Virus record (IMG/VR): IMGVR_UViG_3300017991_000001
Coordinates: 62,001-126,000 of that record
Direction: 5' to 3' (one strand)
DNA length: 64,000 bases
This document shows, in pieces, positions 17,634-25,968 of this stretch. The notes under the pieces were generated by a model. It was not told the DNA's origin and did not search any database. It saw only the letters and a program-made list of their open reading frames with translations. Position 1 is the first letter of the stretch. Each line of letters opens with the position of its first letter. Both the position numbers and the translations under genes were made by a program.

Positions 17634-18057
17634 CCACTTGAAGAGTTTGCCGTGGTGGGAAGTTGAGCGGCTTTCACGGAAGTTGAGCGTAATGGCGCGG
17701 CGCCACTTCTCGGCGCACCGCCAGGGACGGCTCTACGCGCTCGAGCGTTGCAAGGAGTGTGGGGTGGCCGGAAAGGGGTGGTACATTGCCCTGAACGGGG
17801 AGCCGGTTTACCAGGACCGGTGTTTCTGTACGTTGAAGGGGGAGCGCAAGGACGACGTACATCGGGCGATGTGGGCCCACGTGGGCGATTTCCTGCTCCG
17901 GCACCCGCACCTGGCGGACATGCTGTTCGCGTTCGACATGGACGCCGTGGAAGTGGAGGAAGCCGATGTTTGCTCCGAAGCACAGCGGGTCCCCGAGGCG
18001 GCGGGGGCGGCCCAAGTTCGAGAAGATCATCACGCCCAAGTTCACCAAGGACGTTGA
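17626..18057 (+). CDS. Family A paralog 3
   Basis: HF..H..RLY..RCKEC...CFC...W...DMLFAFDMDAVEVEE. Confidence 0.7.
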   Translation: MSDHLKSLPWWEVERLSRKLSVMARRHFSAHRQGRLYALERCKECGVAGKGWYIALNGEPVYQDRCFCTLKGERKDDVHRAMWAHVGDFLLRHPHLADMLFAFDMDAVEVEEADVCSEAQRVPEAAGAAQVREDHHAQVHQGR

Positions 18058-18418
18058 GGAGCTCAAGAAGTGGGACACGGACATACGGGATATCCTCACG
18101 GACGACTCGATCATCCGTCAGTTCAGGGCCGAGGACCTGGCTCCGAGACTGCGGGAGCATTTCGAGAAGCACCGCCTTAGGCGTCTTTACCGCACGCACC
18201 GGTGCCCGCGCTGCAACGTGGCCGTCGGGTTCTTCCTGCCGGCCAAGGGCGAGCAACTGCGGGCGTCGTTGCGTTGCCATTGCGTGCTGAAGGGGGCACG
18301 TGACAAGTCGGCGCCGACCACGTTCGCGAACCTGGCCGATTTGCTGTTGGATCACAAGCGCGAGCTGGATGCGCTGCTGGCTTTCGACATGGACCTGATT
18401 GATCTGGAGGAAGCGTGA
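17966..18418 (+). CDS. Family A paralog 4
   Basis: HFEKH..RLYRTHRCPRC..VGFF...CHC...ALLAFDMDLIDLEE. Confidence 0.75.
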   Translation: MFAPKHSGSPRRRGRPKFEKIITPKFTKDVEELKKWDTDIRDILTDDSIIRQFRAEDLAPRLREHFEKHRLRRLYRTHRCPRCNVAVGFFLPAKGEQLRASLRCHCVLKGARDKSAPTTFANLADLLLDHKRELDALLAFDMDLIDLEEA

Positions 18419-18762
18419 GCGTTCTGAAACGAATGCATGACAACGAGGGTGTGATAAACGCCCGGTGGGAGCTGGTCGACGCCCTGGTGAACCACTTCTA
18501 TCTTCATCGCGTGGACAACATGTACAGGACCGGCCGGTGCTCGTGCGGACAGCCCTACGGCTACGTGATGAATTCGCACGGACAGCTGAACTTCAAGGAG
18601 AGTTGCGTGTGCAACGAGAGCCCGATACGGGCCATGAAGAAGGTGCTCGCCCACACCTGGAGCGACCTGGCGGCCCTGCTCTACGGGAAGCAGCAAGAGC
18701 TGTCGATGCTGTTCGACTTTGACATGGACCTGCTTGATCTCAAGGAGGGCAACGGCGATTAG
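18415..18762 (+). CDS. Family A paralog 5
   Basis: HFYLH..NMYRTGRCSC..YGY...CVC...W...MLFDFDMDLLDLKE. Confidence 0.75.
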   Translation: MSVLKRMHDNEGVINARWELVDALVNHFYLHRVDNMYRTGRCSCGQPYGYVMNSHGQLNFKESCVCNESPIRAMKKVLAHTWSDLAALLYGKQQELSMLFDFDMDLLDLKEGNGD

Positions 18763-19072
18763 CCTGGTACGCGAGAAGTGGCGTGTGTCCCAGTTGTTGA
18801 AGGCGCATTTCGAGAAGCACCGGGTGAACAGGATGTACCGCGTGGGGCGGTGCGAGAAGTGCCGGAAGCCATACGGGTATCTGCTCACCACCCACGCGCT
18901 GTTGTTCCTGGAGCGGTGCAAATGCTGCCAGAACAAGCGCCGGGCCGCGAGGACGAAGTATGCGCACAGTTTCGTGTGGATGGCCGGGGAGATGATGAGC
19001 AAGAAACGGGAGCTGTCGATGTTGCTCGACTTCGACATGGACCTGCTTGATCTGGAGGACGAAGGGCGTTGA
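18758..19072 (+). CDS. Family A paralog 6 (possible ATT start)
   Basis: HFEKH..RMYRVGRCEKC..YGY...CKC...MLLDFDMDLLDLED; start inferred 9 nt after AAGGAGG. Confidence 0.7.
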   Translation: MSLVREKWRVSQLLKAHFEKHRVNRMYRVGRCEKCRKPYGYLLTTHALLFLERCKCCQNKRRAARTKYAHSFVWMAGEMMSKKRELSMLLDFDMDLLDLEDEGR

Positions 19073-19416
19073 GCAGCGTAAGCAAGGATGGTTGGGACCT
19101 GGCGTTCAAGCTGTTGAGGCACTTCCACGCTCACAGGATGAACAGGATGTACCGCACGGGCCGTTGCGACGCATGCAATTCTCCTTACGGGTATGTTCTG
19201 GAGGAGAAGAAGGAGAACGGCAAGCGGTGGAACTTGTTCTTCCGCGAGACTTGCGAGTGCTGGCGCGACGGGTTGCGCCTGGGCCGGAAGGGTATGGTGC
19301 ACAGCTGGTTCGACATCGCCAACGAGCTGCAGGACAGGGAACAGGAGCTTCACATGCTGTTCGACTACGACTTGGACCTGGTGGATCTGCAAGATGGCAC
19401 GCTTTCGCGAGCCTGA
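19069..19416 (+). CDS. Family A paralog 7
   Basis: HFHAH..RMYRTGRCDAC..YGY...CEC...MLFDYDLDLVDLQD. Confidence 0.75.
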   Translation: MSSVSKDGWDLAFKLLRHFHAHRMNRMYRTGRCDACNSPYGYVLEEKKENGKRWNLFFRETCECWRDGLRLGRKGMVHSWFDIANELQDREQELHMLFDYDLDLVDLQDGTLSRA

Positions 19417-19771
19417 CAAGTGGCAGGTGGGTGTACAGCTCTGCGCTCACAGCATGGAGCATTGTCTGAAGGGCCGTTTCTACCGATGGCGCCGGTGCGA
19501 GGACTGCGGGGAACCGATCGGGGTGTGGCTGCACTCCTGCTTCGACCCGAAGTACAGGGACGAGTGTACGTGTGATGTCGGGGCGGCCCGCCGCCTTACG
19601 ATCGGGAATAAGATGCTGTGGGGCGAGGTGGCGGAGGTGATCATGCGCACCCCGGCTGCGATCGACGCCTTCCTGGCGTATGACCTGGACATTCTGGACT
19701 TGGAGGAGGGCTGTGAAACAAACCGAGCTGACGCGCGGCTTGAACACGCTGCACAGCGACAAGACGTATAG
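19394..19771 (+). CDS. Family A paralog 8
   Basis: RFYRWRRCEDC..IGVW...CTC...W...AFLAYDLDILDLEE. Confidence 0.75.
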   Translation: MARFREPDKWQVGVQLCAHSMEHCLKGRFYRWRRCEDCGEPIGVWLHSCFDPKYRDECTCDVGAARRLTIGNKMLWGEVAEVIMRTPAAIDAFLAYDLDILDLEEGCETNRADARLEHAAQRQDV

Positions 19772-20171
19772 GCAGACCTCAACTTGGGAATTGAGGCCGG
19801 AAGGTACGGCTAAGCGCGCGACGCGGATTCTGCGTGTGCGGGATTACTTCATCCACAACTACACGCACCGTTCGCGGGTTTTCATGCGGGACGTCAAGGC
19901 CCGCTCGTTCAAGCGCCGTTGCGTCAACTGCGGCGCCATACTGTACGTCTTCGTCTACAGGGCGTTCCCGTACATGGTGGGTTGCTATCACGGCAATGCG
20001 AAGGAGTTCGACAAGATCCCGGGCATCAAGTATGGGCGCTTGTATCGTCTCTTTTGGGAGCAGGTGGGTCGCTGGCTTGAGGACGACAAGTTCTTCGATC
20101 TGTTGCTGCTGGCGGGTACCGATCCGGTGGACCTGGAAGACGATGGCGCTGAAACCACCGACGTCGTGTGA
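19713..20171 (+). CDS. Family A paralog 9
   Basis: YFIHNY...RRCVNC...GCYH...W...DLLLLAGTDPVDLED. Confidence 0.7.
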   Translation: MKQTELTRGLNTLHSDKTYRQTSTWELRPEGTAKRATRILRVRDYFIHNYTHRSRVFMRDVKARSFKRRCVNCGAILYVFVYRAFPYMVGCYHGNAKEFDKIPGIKYGRLYRLFWEQVGRWLEDDKFFDLLLLAGTDPVDLEDDGAETTDVV

Positions 20172-20478
20172 CGTCTTCACGATGCGCGTGCGGGATAGTT
20201 TCATGGCACGTCGCATGGATGGTCGCGTGTTCCGCACACGGCGCTGTCGGCGCTGCAAAGAGGCAGTGGGCTTCTTCGTGTACCCGGCCGAGCCCTTTGA
20301 GGTCGTGGCACCGCAGCTTCACTTTCGTCCTTGCCAGTGCGGAGGGGCGAAGCAGAACTGGCCTGTGTTATGGGAGGCGCTGTCCGCGTGGGCATCGAAG
20401 AACCCGAAGGCGTGGGACTTGTTTCTGGCGTTCGACATGGACATGCTGGATCTGGCGGATGCCGACGTCAAAGGCTGA
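20143..20478 (+). CDS. Family A paralog 10
   Basis: RVFRTRRCRRC..VGFF...CQC...W...DLFLAFDMDMLDL. Confidence 0.75.
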   Translation: MALKPPTSCDVFTMRVRDSFMARRMDGRVFRTRRCRRCKEAVGFFVYPAEPFEVVAPQLHFRPCQCGGAKQNWPVLWEALSAWASKNPKAWDLFLAFDMDMLDLADADVKG

Positions 20479-20896
20479 CATCACGCGCGAGCTGCGCAGG
20501 CTGATGCGGGACGCATCGAGGTATGGACGCTACTACATGGAGCACCACCTCTCGGAGAACGAGACCTTTCTCAAGGTGGCGCAGTACTTCTACAGCCACT
20601 TCGAGTTCAGCAGTTTGCATCGCAAGGTGATCCTGAGGGACGTGAAGCGCAGGTCCTACCGGACCGACCGCTGCGAGATCTGCGGTGAGCCGGCCTACTG
20701 GTTCATCTACGGCGGGGTGCTGTTCGCGTTCCGGTGCTACCACGGCGACCGCAAGCGCCACCCGTCCAAAGGGGGCGGGCACGTGTACAAGGAGCGGTGG
20801 CGGTGTATTTGGCGTTATCTGGAGGACGACAGGGTGCGGGACATGCTGTTGTCGTTCGGGATCGACCAGGCGGAGTTGGAAGATGGCGCTGACTAA
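20459..20896 (+). CDS. Family A paralog 11
   Basis: RSYRTDRCEIC...RCYH...W...DMLLSFGIDQAELED. Confidence 0.7.
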   Translation: MPTSKADITRELRRLMRDASRYGRYYMEHHLSENETFLKVAQYFYSHFEFSSLHRKVILRDVKRRSYRTDRCEICGEPAYWFIYGGVLFAFRCYHGDRKRHPSKGGGHVYKERWRCIWRYLEDDRVRDMLLSFGIDQAELEDGAD

Positions 20897-21314
20897 CGAA
20901 CCCTCGACGTGGGAGCTTGGCGAGGCAGACTGGTGGTTCGACAAGCGGGATCTGGAGAACGACCCGCTCCTGCGGTATTTCGTCGAACACTACGACATAT
21001 GGCACCCGGCGATGCCGCCCGCGGACCTGGTCGGGCGGTCGTACCGCATTCTCATCTGTACCCGGTGCGGCGAAGTTCATCGCTGGTTCGTCTTCCAGGA
21101 GAGGACGCTTTGGCGGTACGGGTGCAAGTGCAGCTCGCCGAATCAGGCGTTTCGGGCGTTTCGGGAGCGCCTGACGACGCTGAGGAACTACTTCGAGGCG
21201 AACCCGCGGCTGACGGACCTGCTGCTGGGTTTCGGGATCGATGCCGTGGAGGCGAACGGAGGGGAACGCGAGGATGTTCTCGGATCAGCAGATAGCAGGC
21301 AGCTCCTTCATTAG
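20883..21314 (+). CDS. Family A paralog 12
   Basis: YFVEHY..RSYR..CTRC...CKC...DLLLGFGIDAVE. Confidence 0.7.
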   Translation: MALTNEPSTWELGEADWWFDKRDLENDPLLRYFVEHYDIWHPAMPPADLVGRSYRILICTRCGEVHRWFVFQERTLWRYGCKCSSPNQAFRAFRERLTTLRNYFEANPRLTDLLLGFGIDAVEANGGEREDVLGSADSRQLLH

Positions 21315-21642
21315 GACCTACAAGGACAACCCCATCTTCCGACACTTCATGAAGCACTACATCTACGGCGGCAGAATCAGCCCGAAGAGGTCGTATCGGC
21401 TGGCGCGTTGTCCGGGGTGCAAATGTTGCAGGGGTTGGGTGGTCAACGTTCACGGGCACGCCTTCTACTACGCGTGCAGATGCTGGAACATAAAGAACGA
21501 ACTCGTGAACGAGTCCTGGGATTACATATTCAGGATCTTCGACCACAACCCGCCGCTCAAGGACTTTCTGTTGGCGTTCGGGATGGACGCCGTGGCCGTG
21601 GAGGAGATGCATGAAACTTCGGACACCGAGGTAAAGGGATAA
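21274..21642 (+). CDS. Family A paralog 13
   Basis: HFMKHY..RSYRLARCPGC...CRC...W...DFLLAFGMDAVAVEE. Confidence 0.7.
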   Translation: MFSDQQIAGSSFIRTYKDNPIFRHFMKHYIYGGRISPKRSYRLARCPGCKCCRGWVVNVHGHAFYYACRCWNIKNELVNESWDYIFRIFDHNPPLKDFLLAFGMDAVAVEEMHETSDTEVKG

Positions 21643-21983
21643 TGGGCAAGCACCGCTACAACCGACCCACGCGCCTCCCCGTACTGACCGGGGACGCGTT
21701 CTTGCGCAGGCGGCTCTCCATCGAGCCGCACTGCCATTGGTGCAGGAGGAAGGTCTTCAACCCGCGCAACAAGGCGCAGGTGGATGCGGCCCTCGTGGCC
21801 GCGGTGGACTACAAGGACCCCCGGGGCGACTCCGACGACGAGCGCAACTGCGTGCTCGTCTGTACGGAGTGTAAGGAGGCCCGGTCCAAGCTGGACCAGT
21901 CTGCCTTCGGGAAACGTATCCAGAGTCTGCGAGCAAACCATGCCGAAAAAGAAGAAGAAGGCAGCAGCAGCGCAGGAGAGTAA
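21642..21983 (+). CDS. HNH endonuclease-like protein, probably degenerate
   Basis: CHWC...VDYKDPRG...NCVLVCTEC (canonical DH and CN appear as DY and CK). Confidence 0.55.
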   Translation: MGKHRYNRPTRLPVLTGDAFLRRRLSIEPHCHWCRRKVFNPRNKAQVDAALVAAVDYKDPRGDSDDERNCVLVCTECKEARSKLDQSAFGKRIQSLRANHAEKEEEGSSSAGE

Positions 21984-22266
21984 GAACCCCAACGAGAACT
22001 GTCTCGAAGGCAGACGCTGTCCGAAGTGCGGCAGCTACGGCCCGTTCACGGTGCTCACCCAGCAGTGGGTGACGCTCACCGACGACGGGACCGACGATCC
22101 CCCCAAGGATCATGGCGACGTTGAATACGACGAGGACGCGCCCGCCAGCTGTCAGGGCTGGCCGGCCGCGAGCGAGGACGAGCCCGTCCAGTTCGCGGAG
22201 GAGTGCGACTTCGAGGGAAAGTGGGGCGATTTTCGCGACAAGGAGGTCAGTGATGCCTCCACGTGA
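21940..22266 (+). CDS. Hypothetical phage protein with CPKC
   Basis: NCLEGRRCPKCGS.GPF...C...CDFEG. Confidence 0.6.
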   Translation: MPKKKKKAAAAQESKNPNENCLEGRRCPKCGSYGPFTVLTQQWVTLTDDGTDDPPKDHGDVEYDEDAPASCQGWPAASEDEPVQFAEECDFEGKWGDFRDKEVSDAST

Positions 22267-23053
22267 GAACCCGTGCTACCTGAAGCTCTACGGGGGCAAC
22301 CCGCACCCCGACAAGACGGATGAGAACCACACGGTCCTGCTGGGCCCGATCACCGACCTGTCGGCCAACAGCCACAGCGTTGAAGTCCGCATGGGTAACA
22401 ACGGCCTGTGCGAGATCTGGTACGACCGCGGCAGGCTGTTCTACGACCGGCACTGGTACCTCGGGTTCGAGGTCATCAGCGAGCTGGCGGCGGCCAGGAG
22501 CACGCTGAGCGTGCAGCCACTGTCGCAGGAGATGGCGGCGCCGCCGAACGACCGCACCAAGCACCCGAATGACACGCACGCCGACAAGCGGCTGATCATG
22601 ATGGTGGGGCTGCCGTGTTCGGGTAAGAGCACGATAGCGAGCAACCTGTCCAAGCACTTCTTCGCCCCGATCGTGTGCCCGGACATCGTGCGCTGGTGCA
22701 TGCACGGGGAGCGAAGCAACAAGCGCATGGAGCCGATGGTATGGTCATGTGTGCATACCATGGTGGAGTCCCTGTTCAGGGTGGGGCACAACTATGTCAT
22801 TCTGGACGCCGTCAACACGATGCGTTGGCACCGTGACCAGTGGAAGGACGATCGCTGGAAGCGCGTCTACATGGTGATGCCGGTCAGCGCCGAGAGGTGC
22901 ATGCGGCGAGCCAAGACGTGTAACGACATCGTGATACAGCCCGTGATCGAGCGTATGGCGGCCACCATGGAGGCGTTGGAGGAAGACGAGAAGGACGATC
23001 CCGAGTTCCAGAGGACGCTGGACTCTTTTCTGGAGGCGGCCGAAAGGCTGTAG
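22253..23053 (+). CDS. P-loop kinase (polynucleotide kinase/AAA_33-like) with N-terminal unknown domain
   Basis: LIMMVGLPCSGKST Walker A; IVCPDIVR; VILDAVN...R. Confidence 0.8.
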   Translation: MPPRENPCYLKLYGGNPHPDKTDENHTVLLGPITDLSANSHSVEVRMGNNGLCEIWYDRGRLFYDRHWYLGFEVISELAAARSTLSVQPLSQEMAAPPNDRTKHPNDTHADKRLIMMVGLPCSGKSTIASNLSKHFFAPIVCPDIVRWCMHGERSNKRMEPMVWSCVHTMVESLFRVGHNYVILDAVNTMRWHRDQWKDDRWKRVYMVMPVSAERCMRRAKTCNDIVIQPVIERMAATMEALEEDEKDDPEFQRTLDSFLEAAERL

Positions 23054-23084
23054 TGGGCCGGTCAGGCGTCAAGCATGAAAACAT

Positions 23085-23546
23085 GTGCAAGGTCTTTACG
23101 GAAAACTTTTCCCACGGTACTCTTCGGCGGGGGATGGGGAGGTGTGCTTGGATTTGGCCACCTTTGCTTCCGCACTGCTGTTGGCACTTGGAGAGTTGGG
23201 CGCCATCCGCATTGACGGGTCCAGGGCTCTCGAACGCGGTTTGAATGCCGCTTTTCGTGAGGCTCGCCGTCGTCGCCTCAGGATCAGAATTTCCTCCCTT
23301 TCACAGATGAATGCCGCCGTGGTTGCCGACCTCTGGGAACGCAACAAGTTGGCGGAGTGGTGTAAGGTCAGCTACTGCTGGCGCTTGTGCAACATACGCC
23401 CGGAAAGCCGGCTGCGCGACATTCAGTTCTGTCATCTCATCAGGGACTCCGAGATCAGGGAAGACGTGAGAGCCACTGCAGTTGCGTTCCTGACCGAGGT
23501 CTACGCTCCGCAAGCGTCGGTGCTGGTAGGCAGTTTTCAGGATTGA
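23085..23546 (+). CDS. Hypothetical protein with atypical codon usage
   Basis: Intact ORF, more T/A-ending codons than flanks; start uncertain. Confidence 0.4.
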   Translation: MQGLYGKLFPRYSSAGDGEVCLDLATFASALLLALGELGAIRIDGSRALERGLNAAFREARRRRLRIRISSLSQMNAAVVADLWERNKLAEWCKVSYCWRLCNIRPESRLRDIQFCHLIRDSEIREDVRATAVAFLTEVYAPQASVLVGSFQD

Positions 23547-23629
23547 GTTCCCTTGTGTCTGATGTTAATATTAAAGTGTTCAATGTGCAGTAGAACAACT
23601 TTTGCGTCAGGCAGTGGGGGGAGCGCGTT

Positions 23630-23661
23630 CGGGGAGACCTCAACCCCTCCGAGGTCTCTCC
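23630..23661 (+). other. Intergenic hairpin
   Basis: GGGGAGACCTC / GAGGTCTCTCC inverted repeat (one G-U). Confidence 0.4.
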
Positions 23662-23756
23662 GGCGCGCGCCATACTACCTAAAAAACACGCCTACCTGCG
23701 GTACCATTTCCTAAGCTCGAGCCTGAAGCTCATAGCTCTCGCGAAAGGAGAGATCG

Positions 23757-23933
23757 ATGCCGCAAGACACAAGCGACAAGAAGTCATTGGGTTACCGCAT
23801 CGACGAGACGATCCACCGTTTCGTCATGTGGGCCACAAAGGACGATACGGTCCTGTTCGTGGTTTGGTCCGCGTTCGCGGCCGTCTGTGTCGTTCACAGA
23901 GCCTGTTACGGCTTTTGGCCGTGGCAATCCTGA
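23757..23933 (+). CDS. Small membrane protein (58 aa, not in ORF track)
   Basis: AAAGGAG RBS; MPQDTSDKK...VLFVVWSAFAAVCVVH...WPWQS. Confidence 0.55.
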   Translation: MPQDTSDKKSLGYRIDETIHRFVMWATKDDTVLFVVWSAFAAVCVVHRACYGFWPWQS

Positions 23934-23939
23934 CCTGTG

Positions 23940-24020
23940 CGGCGCCCCTGTGCGGGGCGCCGGTCGGAGGTAACACTCCGGTGCCCTGAGAAGGGCGCCG
24001 GGCATCACGCTTTTTCCTTT
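23940..24020. terminator. Triple-hairpin element plus T tract between convergent genes
   Basis: GGCGCCCC/GGGGCGCC, CGGAG/CTCCG and GGTGCCC/GGGCGCC, followed by TTTTTCCTTT. Confidence 0.45.
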
Positions 24021-24021
24021 G

Positions 24022-25368
24022 CTATTCGGTAAGTTCGCGCAGGGTGGCCAGGCCGCCGTAGCCCAGGCCGCCTGCCAGGCTCGAGCGTAGCGCGGCCAGT
24101 GGTATGGTGGTCTGCCCTTGGAGGTCGGAGACCATGCGGTGGCTGCGTACGGCCGAGATCGGGTCGAAGAGGCCGCCCAGCTGCGGGGACTGGTGGACCA
24201 GCCCGGAGAAGCCTTCGGGGTTGGTCTCAATGATGCGGGCCTTGCCCTTCGGCGTGATGGCCACGTCGAAGCTGAAGGCACGGTTCTTGACGTATTTCGG
24301 CTTGATGCCCTTGGCTTTGCCGAGGGCCTTCTCGACGGCGCGCTCCGCGGTGCGGAAGTAGCCGGGCCGCTGGCCGGCCAGGACGCTGAGCTCCGACAGG
24401 CCGCCGAAACGGTGAGCGGTGGAGCCCGGCAGGACCTTGTTGCCGATGGCGTGCACGCGCAGTTCCAGGTTGGCGGGCTGCCCCGTGGTGGCCATGATCG
24501 CCGCCTCGTCGACGGGGCCGAGCTTGCCGATGGGGAAGCGCTTCTGAATCATCAGGCCCCTGCGGCCTTTGCGCTTCATCATCTCTTTCATCATTTCGCG
24601 GGCGTGCAGGCCCGGGATGCGCTGCCGCAGGATCACCTGCTCGTCTTCGGGCAGCTTCAAGAGCCTTTTGTAGGTGATGTTCTCGGGGCGGCCAAGGAAC
24701 TTGTCCATGATGGTGCGTTGCACCTTCAGGCGGCTTTTCGGGTTGAGGGCCAGCGCCCCGGCCAGGATCTCCCGCAGGTCGTCCTTCTCGGTGATCAGCG
24801 TGCCGGCCGTTTGCGACTCGTCGGTGCCCTTCATGATCCACTTCTTGCCGAGCTTCTTGTCCAGGTGCTTCTGCAGTTCGGTGGCCCGGCGCATGGGGTC
24901 CTTGATCTTGAAGATGCGCCTGGGGAGTTCGTCGCCCAGGATGGTTTTGGGATACAGGTCCGGTACGGCCTTGCCGAAGATCTTGGACTCCATCCGCTTG
25001 GACTCGATGCCCGGGATCTCCTTACCGAAGCCGATGTTGCCTCCGCGCACCCGGCTCTTGGTGAACTGGGTCTCCGAGATCGGCGAGAAGAAGACTTCCT
25101 TGAGTTGCTTGGACTTGGCGGACGTGGGCATGCCGCGCGCCCTGGAGCCGTACTGTAGGTAGTTGAGCAGGTCCGAGTCGTAGGCTTCCCCCTTGGGCAC
25201 TTCGCGGGCCAGGCCCTTTTCCCTGATCTTACGAGCCAGGCGGTTGCCCATTGAACCGGCGCGTATGCGGCGTGCCAGCAGGAAGGTGATGATGGCCGGC
25301 AGACCGATGGCGCCCGCGGTCATCCACGGGCTTTCGATCAGTTCATCGTTCTCTCGAGGTTTAGCCAT
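24022..25368 (-). CDS. ATP-grasp fold ligase-like protein with hydrophobic termini
   Basis: WIMKG, LMIQKRF, ELRVHAIGNKV, FSFDVAI...IIETNP..SG; the only convincing minus-strand gene. Confidence 0.65.
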   Translation of the reverse strand: MAKPRENDELIESPWMTAGAIGLPAIITFLLARRIRAGSMGNRLARKIREKGLAREVPKGEAYDSDLLNYLQYGSRARGMPTSAKSKQLKEVFFSPISETQFTKSRVRGGNIGFGKEIPGIESKRMESKIFGKAVPDLYPKTILGDELPRRIFKIKDPMRRATELQKHLDKKLGKKWIMKGTDESQTAGTLITEKDDLREILAGALALNPKSRLKVQRTIMDKFLGRPENITYKRLLKLPEDEQVILRQRIPGLHAREMMKEMMKRKGRRGLMIQKRFPIGKLGPVDEAAIMATTGQPANLELRVHAIGNKVLPGSTAHRFGGLSELSVLAGQRPGYFRTAERAVEKALGKAKGIKPKYVKNRAFSFDVAITPKGKARIIETNPEGFSGLVHQSPQLGGLFDPISAVRSHRMVSDLQGQTTIPLAALRSSLAGGLGYGGLATLRELTE

Positions 25369-25912
25369 GGAAGATGTTAAAGTCCTCAACAAGCGCGTGC
25401 GCGCGCAGTTACGCAGGCTCGGAGTGAAGCTGCCGCGCGGTGAACCCGACGTTTCACGGGTCGCCCGCAAGTGGCACCCCCTCGACTATATTTGTTCCTG
25501 GTACGAGGGTCAAGACGGAGAGCACGCCATTAACGTCAAGGCGTTGGGCGGGATGTGGCTGATGCGCCACGAATACGGGCACTACCTGGTGGAGAAATAC
25601 GACCTGGCGAAGCAGAAGTCCTACAAGAACACCTTCAAGAACGGGCCGCTCTACGCGGAAGGTTTGGGCTACGATGTCGGCGTGGTCTTCCTGCGAGCGA
25701 CGGACGTTGTGCTGCGCAAGGGCGCCAAGATCAGCCCGCCGAAGGGCCACCCGACATTCTATGCGTTGCTTGGCGGCGAAGAGTGTTTCTGCGAGTGCGT
25801 GGCGCTGCTGCTATCCAACCGCTGCGATTACCGCAAGGCTGCCGACGGTGACATGTGGCTGGAGAACCGCCTGATCATCACGAGGCTGCTTCTTGAACAG
25901 CACTGTCGCTAA
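25367..25912 (+). CDS. HExxH zinc metallopeptidase-like protein
   Basis: RHEYGHY plus distal EECFCEC; GAGGT RBS. Confidence 0.55.
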   Translation: MEDVKVLNKRVRAQLRRLGVKLPRGEPDVSRVARKWHPLDYICSWYEGQDGEHAINVKALGGMWLMRHEYGHYLVEKYDLAKQKSYKNTFKNGPLYAEGLGYDVGVVFLRATDVVLRKGAKISPPKGHPTFYALLGGEECFCECVALLLSNRCDYRKAADGDMWLENRLIITRLLLEQHCR

Positions 25913-25968
25913 GTTGTGGATAGAATCGAGAAAGATGATATAAAGCGTGAACTACGAGGAGGGGTGCA

